Source: an uncultured Alphaproteobacteria bacterium
Lineage (GTDB): Bacteria > Pseudomonadota > Alphaproteobacteria > Rs-D84
Direction of reading: 5' to 3'
Length of the DNA: 22,577 bases
NCBI GenBank assembly: GCA_944392815.1
Contig: CALXXY010000008.1
Span: 1 to 22,577 of the forward strand
Under the pieces are notes generated by a model. The model was given only the letters and a program-made list of their open reading frames with translations, searched no databases and had not been told where the DNA came from. Each line of letters opens with the position of its first letter. Within the stretch, counting starts at the first letter, position 1. A program made the translations under genes and the position numbers. Shown here in pieces: positions 1 through 7,853 of the stretch.

Positions 1-119
1 ATGGGCGCCCAACGGGGCGCCCAGGAATCCCGTCAGAATGATTTTATCAAGATTAATTGTACATTCGTATCATTTTTCATAACTTTGTTTTTTATCAAAC
101 CTTGCGAATGGGTGGCTCG

Positions 120-146
120 CCACCCGAAGCGTTCCGCGAAGGGTGG
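120..146 (+). repeat. GAA/GAA hairpin repeat, copy 1 (overlaps tRNA-Val(GAC) CCA)
   Basis: CCACCC-GAA-GC-GTTCC-GC-GAA-GGGTGG, same architecture as the copies at 3149 and 3207. Confidence 0.7.
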
Positions 147-220
147 TGGGTGGTATTGGACTCGAACCAACGACCTTTACGATGTCAACGTAACGCTCTA
201 ACCAACTGAGCTAACCACCC
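144..220 (-). tRNA. tRNA-Val (GAC)
   Basis: Reverse complement folds as a cloverleaf: acceptor GGGTGGT/ACCACCC, D-loop AGTTGGTTA, anticodon arm TTACG-TTGACAT-CGTAA, T-loop TTCGAGT, encoded ACCA end. Confidence 0.97.
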
Positions 221-240
221 AAAACTTTCAAATCTGACGA

Positions 241-268
241 ATTATATCAAACAAATTTCAGATTGCAA
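241..268 (-). promoter_or_regulatory. putative sigma70 promoter of tRNA-Val(GAC)
   Basis: Minus strand TTGCAA-16 nt-TATAAT, about 20 nt upstream of the tRNA 5' end. Confidence 0.6.
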
Positions 269-311
269 TATTAATTTACATCGTCGTTTTTGGGGCGACG
301 TGACGAATAAC

Positions 312-339
312 TTGCATATGCGCAAATATTTTTTATAAT
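312..339 (+). promoter_or_regulatory. putative sigma70 promoter of pnp
   Basis: TTGCAT (312-317)-16 nt-TATAAT (334-339). Confidence 0.6.
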
Positions 340-345
340 CAGTCA

Positions 346-414
346 GTGCGAGGGGAAAATTGTTCATTCTTGCATTTTTTATGGAATGCAAAAACGAATG
401 ATTTTTCTTCGCAT
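346..414 (+). promoter_or_regulatory. long stem-loop in pnp 5' leader
   Basis: GTGCGAGGGGAAAAT pairs with ATTTTTCTTCGCAT, TGTTC with GAATG, and TTGCATT with AATGCAA. It starts at the predicted transcription start. Confidence 0.6.
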
Positions 415-443
415 AAAAATCGTAAAAAACTATGGAGAAAAAT

Positions 444-2618
444 ATGTTATTTGGTTTATTTAACAAAGATGAAAAAACACATTTGAACAATCCAGTTGCG
501 GTTGAAATAAAATACGGCGATGAAACATTGCGCCTGGAAACGGGCCGCATGGCGAAACAGGCCAATGGCGCAGTTTTGGCGACCATGGGTGGCACAATGG
601 TTTTGGCAACCGTATGTGCTGAAAAATCAGCAGTCGAGGGTCAGGATTTCTTTCCTTTGACCGTTGATTACCAGGAAAAATTCGCGTCCGCTGGGCGTAT
701 TCCTGGTTCCCGCGACAGACGCGAAGGCAAAGCGTCCACCGCAGAAACATTGACGGCGCGTTTGATTGACCGCCCTATTCGTCCGCTGTTTCCGGAAACA
801 TTTAAAAACAAAGTGCAAATTATTGCCCAGGTATTTTCATACGACAGAAAAAATCAGCCCGATATTTTGGCCATGATTGCGTCGTCTGCGGCGTTGGCTT
901 TGTCTGGTGTTCCGTTTGCGGGCCCGATTGGCGCGGCGCGTGTTGGTTATGCTGATGGTAAATACATTTTAAATCCGTCCAAATCCGTGGTCGAAGATTC
1001 CGAAATGGATTTGGTTGTTGCCGCGACCAAAGACGGCGTGTTGATGGTTGAATCTGAAATCGGCGAATTGGACGAAGAAACAGTCCTGGGCGCTGTTAAA
1101 TTCGGTTTTGATGCGCAACAGGCGGTTATCGACGCAATTAATGAATTGGCGTCCCAGGCCGGCAAAGAACGCTGGGCAGTTCCGGAAAAATCGGCCGAAT
1201 ATATCGCCATGGAACAGGATTTTGAATCATTTGCGGGCGACATTGAATCTGCGTTGCAAATCAAAGAAAAATTGGTTCGTTTGGATACACTGGCGCAAAT
1301 TCACACCGCGGCCAAGGCGCGCATTCCTGAATTATTCCCAGAAACCGAAACTGCAACATCTACGTTGGAATCATGGGCCGATGAAATTGTTGAAAATATC
1401 ACAGCGCGTATCATGCGCGGCAATATTTTGGCCGGTAAACCACGTATCGACGGTCGTGACACTAAAACAGTCCGTCCGATTGAAATTGAATTGGGCGTTT
1501 TGCCGCGTGCACATGGTTCCGCCCTGTTTACACGTGGCGAAACCCAGGCGTTGGTGTCTTTGACACTGGGTGGTGGCAAAGATGCGTTGCCAATCGAAAG
1601 TTTGGACGGTGACGAAGAACGCGATTTTATTCTGAATTACAATTTCCCAGGTTATTCCGTTGGTGAATGCAAGGGATTAAAATCCCCGGGTCGTCGCGAA
1701 ATCGGGCACGGTAATTTGGCCTGGCGTGCATTGCACCCGATGATTCCCAGCCGTGAAAAATTTGATTATGTAATTCGTGTTGTATCAGACATTTTGGAAT
1801 CCAACGGTTCGTCGTCTATGGCAACCACGTGTGGTGCGACATTGGCCATGATGGACGGTGGTGTTCCATTAACCCGCCCGGTCGCAGGTATCGCCATGGG
1901 ATTAATCAAAGAAGGTGACGATTACGCCATCTTGACCGACATTTTGGGTGACGAAGATCACCTGGGCGACATGGATTTCAAAGTGACCGGTACCGACCAG
2001 GGTATTACCGCATTGCAAATGGATATCAAAATTACGTCCATTACATTTGATATCATGAAACATGCACTGGAACAGGCGCGCGATGGTCGTATGCACATTT
2101 TGGGCAAAATACAAAAGGCGATAAAGGCCCCACGTGCCCATGTGTCTGAATACGCGCCACAAATGTACACTATGAAAATCAATCCGGACAAAGTTCGTGA
2201 TGTTATCGGCAAAGGCGGCGTCGTTATCCAGGCGTTGACCCGCGAAACAGATACCCAGATTGATTTAGAAGATGATGGTACAGTCAAAATCATGGCCACC
2301 AGCAAAGAAAACGCCGATGCCGCGATACAGCGTATCAAAGACATCGTTGCCGAGCCCGAGGTTGGCGTTATCTATCCGGGTGTTGTATCTGGGATAAAAG
2401 ATTTTGGACTGTTTGTCAAAATTTTGAACGGTTTTGAATCTATGGTTCATATTTCTGAAATCACAGGTGAAAGAATCGCAAAAATCGAAGACACCAAAAT
2501 CAAAGAAGGCGACAAAGTTTTCGTCAAATACCTGGGGGCGGATAAACGTGGCAAAACACGTATGTCCATGGTTGGTATTGACCAGAAAACTGGCGCTGAA
2601 ATCAAGAAATCTAAATAA
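444..2618 (+). CDS. pnp: polyribonucleotide nucleotidyltransferase (PNPase)
   Basis: Motifs DFFPLTVDYQE, RLIDRPIRPLF, RREIGHG, ESNGSSSMA, DHLGDMDFKV, KH domain (IGKGG) and C-terminal S1. Start 444 preferred over 432 because GGAG (434-437) lies 6 nt upstream. Confidence 0.98.
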   Translation: MLFGLFNKDEKTHLNNPVAVEIKYGDETLRLETGRMAKQANGAVLATMGGTMVLATVCAEKSAVEGQDFFPLTVDYQEKFASAGRIPGSRDRREGKASTAETLTARLIDRPIRPLFPETFKNKVQIIAQVFSYDRKNQPDILAMIASSAALALSGVPFAGPIGAARVGYADGKYILNPSKSVVEDSEMDLVVAATKDGVLMVESEIGELDEETVLGAVKFGFDAQQAVIDAINELASQAGKERWAVPEKSAEYIAMEQDFESFAGDIESALQIKEKLVRLDTLAQIHTAAKARIPELFPETETATSTLESWADEIVENITARIMRGNILAGKPRIDGRDTKTVRPIEIELGVLPRAHGSALFTRGETQALVSLTLGGGKDALPIESLDGDEERDFILNYNFPGYSVGECKGLKSPGRREIGHGNLAWRALHPMIPSREKFDYVIRVVSDILESNGSSSMATTCGATLAMMDGGVPLTRPVAGIAMGLIKEGDDYAILTDILGDEDHLGDMDFKVTGTDQGITALQMDIKITSITFDIMKHALEQARDGRMHILGKIQKAIKAPRAHVSEYAPQMYTMKINPDKVRDVIGKGGVVIQALTRETDTQIDLEDDGTVKIMATSKENADAAIQRIKDIVAEPEVGVIYPGVVSGIKDFGLFVKILNGFESMVHISEITGERIAKIEDTKIKEGDKVFVKYLGADKRGKTRMSMVGIDQKTGAEIKKSK

Positions 2619-2626
2619 GTACTGAA

Positions 2627-2658
2627 TATAAATGCGCCAATTAATTGGCGCATTTATA
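2627..2658. repeat. perfect 32-bp palindrome downstream of pnp
   Basis: TATAAATGCGCCAATT|AATTGGCGCATTTATA with no spacer. Confidence 0.85.
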
Positions 2659-2685
2659 GTAAATTTGAAACGGGGGGATTTAAAT

Positions 2686-2985
2686 ATGGATATGGAATCA
2701 TTAATGGCCCAGGCCAGCGCATTACAGGACAAAGTGACCGCTGCCCAGGAAAAATTGGCGTCCATGCATGTCAAGGGCATTGCCGGCGATGGCGATGTCA
2801 TTATTGACATGACGGGCAAATATGATTTGGCAAACATAACCATGCGGGACGAAATTCTGTCCCATGGCGCGGCACATGTTGCGAAATTATTTGCCGCCGC
2901 ATACCGTGATGCTAAATCCAAAGCCGACACCCTGATTGACCAGGTAATGGGCCAGGCCACCGCCGGCATACCAATGCCAGAATAA
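2686..2985 (+). CDS. ybaB: YbaB/EbfC family nucleoid-associated protein
   Basis: MDMESLMAQASALQDKVTAAQEKLA...VKGIAGDGDVIIDMTG pattern, 99 aa; G-rich SD at 2672-2678 supports start 2686. Confidence 0.88.
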   Translation: MDMESLMAQASALQDKVTAAQEKLASMHVKGIAGDGDVIIDMTGKYDLANITMRDEILSHGAAHVAKLFAAAYRDAKSKADTLIDQVMGQATAGIPMPE

Positions 2986-2990
2986 AAAAC

Positions 2991-3019
2991 TGGACAACTG
3001 ATAAAAAATACTTTATCAT
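2991..3019 (+). promoter_or_regulatory. putative sigma70 promoter of tRNA-Val(TAC)
   Basis: TGGACA-17 nt-TATCAT, 14 nt before the tRNA. Confidence 0.6.
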
Positions 3020-3033
3020 CTGTCCGCTGTTTT

Positions 3034-3110
3034 GGATGTTTAGCTCAGTTGATTAGAGCATCTCGTTTACACCGAGAGGGTCGGGGGTTTGAGTCCCTCA
3101 ACATCCACCA
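3034..3110 (+). tRNA. tRNA-Val (TAC)
   Basis: Acceptor GGATGTT/AACATCC, anticodon arm TCTCG-TTTACAC-CGAGA, T-arm GGGGG-TTTGAGT-CCCTC, ACCA end. Confidence 0.96.
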
Positions 3111-3116
3111 CAAAAC

Positions 3117-3145
3117 AAAATCGCCCCCGGGCGATTTTATTTTTT
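3117..3145 (+). terminator. intrinsic terminator after tRNA-Val(TAC)
   Basis: AAAATCGCCC-CC-GGGCGATTTT followed by a T run. Confidence 0.8.
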
Positions 3146-3147
3146 GT

Positions 3148-3234
3148 GCCACACGAAGCCCTGTGCGAAGTGTGGCTTTTTCATTGCAGCTCTGCGGCAA
3201 GTATTTCCACACGAAGCCCCGTGCGAAGTGTGGC
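3148..3234 (+). repeat. GAA/GAA hairpin repeat, tandem copies 2 and 3
   Basis: CCACACGAAGCCCYGTGCGAAGTGTGGC at 3149-3176 and 3207-3234 (27/28 identical, 58-nt period). Confidence 0.85.
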
Positions 3235-3301
3235 TTTCTTTATTGAAAATACTTTCTCCCTGCTCATTCCTTTTCCTCGCCTACACATGTACTCTCTCCC
3301 C

Positions 3302-3485
3302 CTGTCATTCCCGCGCAGGCGGGAATAGGGCTTGGGTTGTTATTAGTTATTTAATCGGGGGAATAATTCTGCGTTGTGTTTTTATTATTACAAAATCTGC
3401 GATACAAATTTTATAGACCCTATTCCCGCCTGCGCGGGAATGACAGAGTGTTTGTTGTGTCGGGGTCCCGAGCGCGGGAATGACA
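3302..3485. repeat. REP/dRS3-like inverted repeat doublet plus a partial third copy
   Basis: CTGTCATTCCCGCGCAGGCGGGAATAGGG (3302-3330) and its exact reverse complement (3418-3446); partial GCGCGGGAATGACA at 3472-3485. Each arm contains ATTCCC-N8-GGGAAT. Confidence 0.88.
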
Positions 3486-3518
3486 ATAGTACGTTGGGAT
3501 AATAAACAATGACAGTGT

Positions 3519-3839
3519 TTAAACATCAATCATGTTTTTAATGTATTCATCTAGCCCCACGGCCAAATCGTCCCAATTTGGATTCATTGTTTCTATTAAT
3601 CTGTATTTCCACGCACGGTTCCATTTCTTTAATACTTTTTCACGTGCTATTGCGTCGCGCACATATTTGTAATGCTCGAAATAAGCCAATTTATTAATAT
3701 GGTGTTGTTTTGTGTATCCAGGCACAAGTCCCTTTTTATGTTCTATCATTCTGCGTTCCAGGTCATTGGTGACGCCAATATATGTCGCTTTGGCGCGTTC
3801 ATCAAACAAAATGTAAACCCAGAAATGGAATTCTCGCAT
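3519..3839 (-). CDS. small standalone GIY-YIG nuclease (YhbQ/UPF0213-like)
   Basis: VYIL...TYIGVTNDLERR..EH, LAYFE...AIAREK.LKKW...NPNW. ATG at 3839 gives 106 aa; the TTG at 3875 coincides with a predicted -35 box. Confidence 0.92.
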   Translation of the reverse strand: MREFHFWVYILFDERAKATYIGVTNDLERRMIEHKKGLVPGYTKQHHINKLAYFEHYKYVRDAIAREKVLKKWNRAWKYRLIETMNPNWDDLAVGLDEYIKNMIDV

Positions 3840-3952
3840 GTAATCAGTGTATGCAAATAAAACACCATCTGACAAGTGTTTTTAATCATTTTGTGCCCTA
3901 CTTTATACCAATGGAATTTTTTGTCGGGCATTGTTTGATAACACAAAAAAAC

Positions 3953-3978
3953 AAAACACCCAACTGTCTGGGTGTTTT
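3953..3978 (-). terminator. intrinsic terminator after tRNA-Cys
   Basis: AAAACACCCA-ACTGTC-TGGGTGTTTT, with a T-rich tail on the minus strand. Confidence 0.75.
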
Positions 3979-3983
3979 ATTGT

Positions 3984-4057
3984 TGGAGGCCTGGGTCGGA
4001 ATCGAACCGGCATACAAGGATTTGCAGTCCTCTGCATAACCACTCTGCCACCAGGCC
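3984..4057 (-). tRNA. tRNA-Cys (GCA)
   Basis: GGCCTGG/CCAGGCC acceptor, anticodon loop CTGCAAA, T-loop TTCGATT, U73 discriminator plus CCA. Promoter-like TTGAAT-17-TAGTAT at 4106-4078. Confidence 0.97.
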
Positions 4058-4157
4058 AAACTGAATTGTGTGAACACATACTAGGCAAAAAAAAATTGGA
4101 ATTCAACTGAAAAATTGTATTATATGTGTTATAATTGGTCAGCGAGAGAGTTTATCG

Positions 4158-5498
4158 ATGAAAAAACTGTTTTTAATTCTGGCGGCAATATTGCCGACGA
4201 CTGCGTTTGCAGTGGACGAAAACTGCCGCACTATGACAACTGTGCCCGATGGTGAATTAACATTACAACAGGTTATTGAACTGGGGCTGTGTCGCAATCC
4301 TGAAACGGCGGCGGCGTATTTATCACTGGAATCCGCGCGTTTTAACAAAAACGCCGGATATTCACAATATCTGCCATCGGTCAGTGCGTCTGCGTCGGCC
4401 AGTATGCCGTATCGCAACAATGAATTTGCCGATTGGTCATATGGTGCGTCAATTTCTGCGTCGTATTTAATATTTGATTTTGGCAAACGGTTGTCGGACG
4501 TGAATCAGTTAATTGATACATGGCGTGCGACGGGCTTTGATTACAGCGAATCCGTGCAAAATTACGTATACGGTATAATTGGCGCGTATTATGCACTGTT
4601 GAACGCAGACGCAGACGTATTCACCGCGCGCGCCGTACAACAGGTGTCCCAAACGGCCAAGGATACCGCCGATAAAAAATACAAGGCCGGCGCCGTTGCG
4701 CGTGCCGACGTGTTAAAGGCCGACGTCACCCTGGCCAGCAGTAATTTGGAACTGGAACGTGCCAAAAACAACCGTGAAATTGCCAAGGGTACATTATTGG
4801 CCAAATTATCTTTCCCCGCGGATCAGGATATAAAAATAGCCGATATGCCGGCCGATTTCGGCAGCACATCTGAAAACAAAAGCATCGATGAATTAATCGA
4901 AATCGCGCGCGAAAAACGCCCCGATTTGTTGCGTGCCACCGCGAACAAGGACGCCGCCTGGCACCGCAGAAACAGCACGTTTTTATCAAACCTGCCCACG
5001 ATTTCCGCCAGTGGCAGTTTGTCGTGGAATAACACCCCATCAGATGTATATAACGCGGGGTCAGATCAATTAAGTGGCAGTATTGGTATTCGTGCGTCTA
5101 TGCCAATATTTACCGGTTTTTCAAATTTCTACAGCAGCCGTGCCGCCCAGGCAAACTATGAACGTGCGGTTGAACAGGAACGTCAAACTGTGGACAACGC
5201 GATGTTGGACGTGTTCAGTGCATATCAAAACTATAAAACCGCGCAAACGGTGCTGAATCAAACAGAAACATTATTGGAATCTGCGCGTGAAACAGAAAAT
5301 GTCACCGCAGGCATGTACAAGGTTGGCAAAGCCACCATGTTGGATTGGCAACAGGCATTGGCCGATTTGGCGGACGCGCACAAACAAAACAACGCGGCAA
5401 AATATGATTTGTTTACCAAACGTGCTGCGCTGGCGCTGGCCATCGGCGACATCAAAGAGGGATTAATCAAGGACGAGGGAGAATCAACAAATGAATAA
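4158..5498 (+). CDS. TolC family outer-membrane efflux protein
   Basis: Signal peptide MKKLFLILAAILPTTAFA; two OEP repeats (LPSVSASAS, KYKAGAVARADVLKA, RPDL, YKVGKATMLDWQQA). Confidence 0.92.
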   Translation: MKKLFLILAAILPTTAFAVDENCRTMTTVPDGELTLQQVIELGLCRNPETAAAYLSLESARFNKNAGYSQYLPSVSASASASMPYRNNEFADWSYGASISASYLIFDFGKRLSDVNQLIDTWRATGFDYSESVQNYVYGIIGAYYALLNADADVFTARAVQQVSQTAKDTADKKYKAGAVARADVLKADVTLASSNLELERAKNNREIAKGTLLAKLSFPADQDIKIADMPADFGSTSENKSIDELIEIAREKRPDLLRATANKDAAWHRRNSTFLSNLPTISASGSLSWNNTPSDVYNAGSDQLSGSIGIRASMPIFTGFSNFYSSRAAQANYERAVEQERQTVDNAMLDVFSAYQNYKTAQTVLNQTETLLESARETENVTAGMYKVGKATMLDWQQALADLADAHKQNNAAKYDLFTKRAALALAIGDIKEGLIKDEGESTNE

Positions 5499-6672
5499 GG
5501 ATAAACAACAGCCCAAACAACATAAATTTTGGAACTGGGTTCGTCGTCATAAATGGTGGATAATATTGTTCATATCGGTTGCCGGCGGATTTCTGTATTT
5601 TATGGGTGGCGGCGATAACCAGGGGTCGGGATTCGCAACCGCGACGATTTCGCGTGGAAACCTGCGCCAGGTGGTCACCGCAACCGGTGAAATTCAACCA
5701 CTGAACACCATTAACGTTGGTTCCCAGGTCAGTGGCACTATCGAGGCCATCTATGTCGATTATAATTCCAAGGTTAAAAAAGGCGACATATTGCTGGAAA
5801 TCGAACCGTCTGTATTACAGGCGTCCGTGGACGAGGCCAAAGCGTCGCTGGTCAGTGCGGAATCACAACGCAACTATGCCAAAAGCGAATATGAACGGAA
5901 TAAAATCCTGTATGACGATGGATTCATTTCGCGCGCAGAATTGGAACAATCGCAAACAACGTATGAACAGGCCGAACAATCCGTTAACCGTATGCAATCG
6001 CAATATGATCGCGCGGTGACAAATTTGGGGTATGCAACGATTACATCGCCCGTGGACGGCACAGTTATTTCGCGCCAGGTTGACGTTGGACAAACGGTTG
6101 CGGCATCGTTTCAAACCCCCGATTTGTTTGAAATCGCCGAAGATTTATCAAAAATGCAAATCGAAACCGCCGTGTCCGAGGCCGACATTGGCATGATTAC
6201 CGAAGGGCTGCCCGTCACATTCACTGTGGACGCGTATCCGACCCAAACGTTCGAAGGCACCGTTCGCCAGGTTCGTCTGTCCCCGACCATTACGTCGAAC
6301 GTGGTTGTGTACACTGTGGTTATTGATGTTGACAACAGCGATTTAAAATTAAAACCTGGTATGACGGCATTCGTGACAATATTAATTTCTGAAAAAATTG
6401 ACGTATGGAAAGTGCAAAATTCCGCATTAATCCTGCGTAATTTTGATGGTATTGTGGCGGACGCAGGTGACGCGACACCGTCCGACCATTTGGCAATATT
6501 GCGTGTGGTTGATGGCAATGACACTGTTGTTTTGGCGCCATATGAACGCGGCCTGGTGACGGCCACCGAAACGGAAATCATCTCTGACGAAATCCAGCCC
6601 GGCGACCGTATAATATTTGGCCGGTATGGGTTGACATCGACTGGTTCTGCACGAATGGGACCGCCCAGATAA
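5491..6672 (+). CDS. MacA-like periplasmic adaptor (membrane fusion protein)
   Basis: N-terminal TM, ATGEIQP..VGSQVSG.I...VDYNS.VKKG, ITSPVDGTVI...VGQTVAASFQTP.LF, LKPGMTA; overlaps the tolC stop. Confidence 0.93.
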   Translation: MNKDKQQPKQHKFWNWVRRHKWWIILFISVAGGFLYFMGGGDNQGSGFATATISRGNLRQVVTATGEIQPLNTINVGSQVSGTIEAIYVDYNSKVKKGDILLEIEPSVLQASVDEAKASLVSAESQRNYAKSEYERNKILYDDGFISRAELEQSQTTYEQAEQSVNRMQSQYDRAVTNLGYATITSPVDGTVISRQVDVGQTVAASFQTPDLFEIAEDLSKMQIETAVSEADIGMITEGLPVTFTVDAYPTQTFEGTVRQVRLSPTITSNVVVYTVVIDVDNSDLKLKPGMTAFVTILISEKIDVWKVQNSALILRNFDGIVADAGDATPSDHLAILRVVDGNDTVVLAPYERGLVTATETEIISDEIQPGDRIIFGRYGLTSTGSARMGPPR

Positions 6673-6677
6673 TAAAT

Positions 6678-6707
6678 AAAAATACCGGCATTTGCCGGTG
6701 TTTTTTT
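6678..6707 (+). terminator. intrinsic terminator, CCGG-N6-CCGG family
   Basis: AAAAATACCGGCATTTGCCGGTGTTTTTTT. Confidence 0.85.
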
Positions 6708-6758
6708 ATAAATTAATGGCAACTTGTATTTTATTCATATTTGGGCTATTATCACGCC

Positions 6759-7853
6759 ATGATTAAATCGATTACATTAACAGATTTTCGTAATCATAAA
6801 TCGTGCCGCATACAAACACACGGCCGGCGTAATGTTATTATTACCGGCCCCAATGGTGCGGGAAAAACCGCCATACTCGAAGCCGTATCGATGTTATCCG
6901 GCGACCGCGGATTGCGTGGCGCACCAATGACAGATGTTGCGCGATTTGACGGCAACGGCGGATTTTCTGTGTTTGCGGTTCTGGACGATGATACAGAAAT
7001 ATCTGTGTATTTTACATCGGGCGATACAAATCGCCATGCCCGCATAGATGGCGATAATGCCGCACTGGCGGATTTGGGCGCAATGTTGCGGGCTGTGTGG
7101 TTGACCCCACGCGAAGATCGCCTGTTCGTCGACAGTGCCGCCGAACGTCGTGCGTTTTTTGATCGTTTGGCCGCCAGTTTTGATTCCGCGCATGCGGGGC
7201 GTGTGGCGCGTTTTTCGAAATTAATGTCTGAACGTGCGTTCGCATTAAAAAACGGCCGTGATATGTATTGGTTGGACGCGCTGGACGCACAGATTGCTGG
7301 CGTTGCGGTGTCTGTGGCGGATTTGCGAATTCGCTATGCCGGGGAATTAAATTACTTTTTATCCGACTGTGCGGTCACGGTATCAGGCATGGTGGAACAA
7401 TTACTTTTGAACGGAAACGCCGCATCGGCGGAACGTGAATATTTAAATTACCTGCATGGTGCGCGGGAATTGGTGGGTGATAAAATGGTGGTGGACGGGC
7501 CGCATAAATCTGATTTTGGTGTGTTTAATAAAAAATTAAATTTGCCTGCGGCGTTAACCAGTACAGGCCAGCAAAAAATGGTTTTGTTGGATTTAATATT
7601 GGCACACGCGAAATTATTACATACAAAAACAAATCGCCAGCCATTAATATTGTTGGACGAGGCCGCCGCCCATCTGGACGCAGACGCGCGTGCGCGCCTG
7701 TTTCGCGATTTGGCAATGGCCGATGCCCAGGTATGGGCCACGGGTCTGGACGCGAATGTTTTCAACGATGTGCCAAATGCAGTATTTGTTGCTTGCATGA
7801 ATGGCGAAATAAATAATATACTGGCACCAGGGATTACAAATGAGCAAAATTGA
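6759..7853 (+). CDS. recF: DNA replication/repair protein RecF
   Basis: LTDFRNH, Walker A GPNGAGKT, ERRAFFDR, GPHKSD, STGQQK, LLDEAAAHLD. TTGTAT-17-TATTAT ends 6 nt before ATG 6759. Confidence 0.93.
   Translation: MIKSITLTDFRNHKSCRIQTHGRRNVIITGPNGAGKTAILEAVSMLSGDRGLRGAPMTDVARFDGNGGFSVFAVLDDDTEISVYFTSGDTNRHARIDGDNAALADLGAMLRAVWLTPREDRLFVDSAAERRAFFDRLAASFDSAHAGRVARFSKLMSERAFALKNGRDMYWLDALDAQIAGVAVSVADLRIRYAGELNYFLSDCAVTVSGMVEQLLLNGNAASAEREYLNYLHGARELVGDKMVVDGPHKSDFGVFNKKLNLPAALTSTGQQKMVLLDLILAHAKLLHTKTNRQPLILLDEAAAHLDADARARLFRDLAMADAQVWATGLDANVFNDVPNAVFVACMNGEINNILAPGITNEQN

Noticed and set aside
1-201. 66-aa ORF, and similar ORFs 3049-3416 and 3782-4106
   Set aside because: They overlap tRNAs or repeats and have no recognisable protein motifs.
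3148-3234. Mini CRISPR array (two 28-nt repeats with a 30-nt spacer)
   Set aside because: Only two units, no cas genes, and a covarying third copy sits 3 kb away, which fits a REP-like family better.
3110-3984. Integrase-type genomic island or prophage remnant at the tRNAs
   Set aside because: No integrase and no duplicated tRNA 3' end (att) seen.
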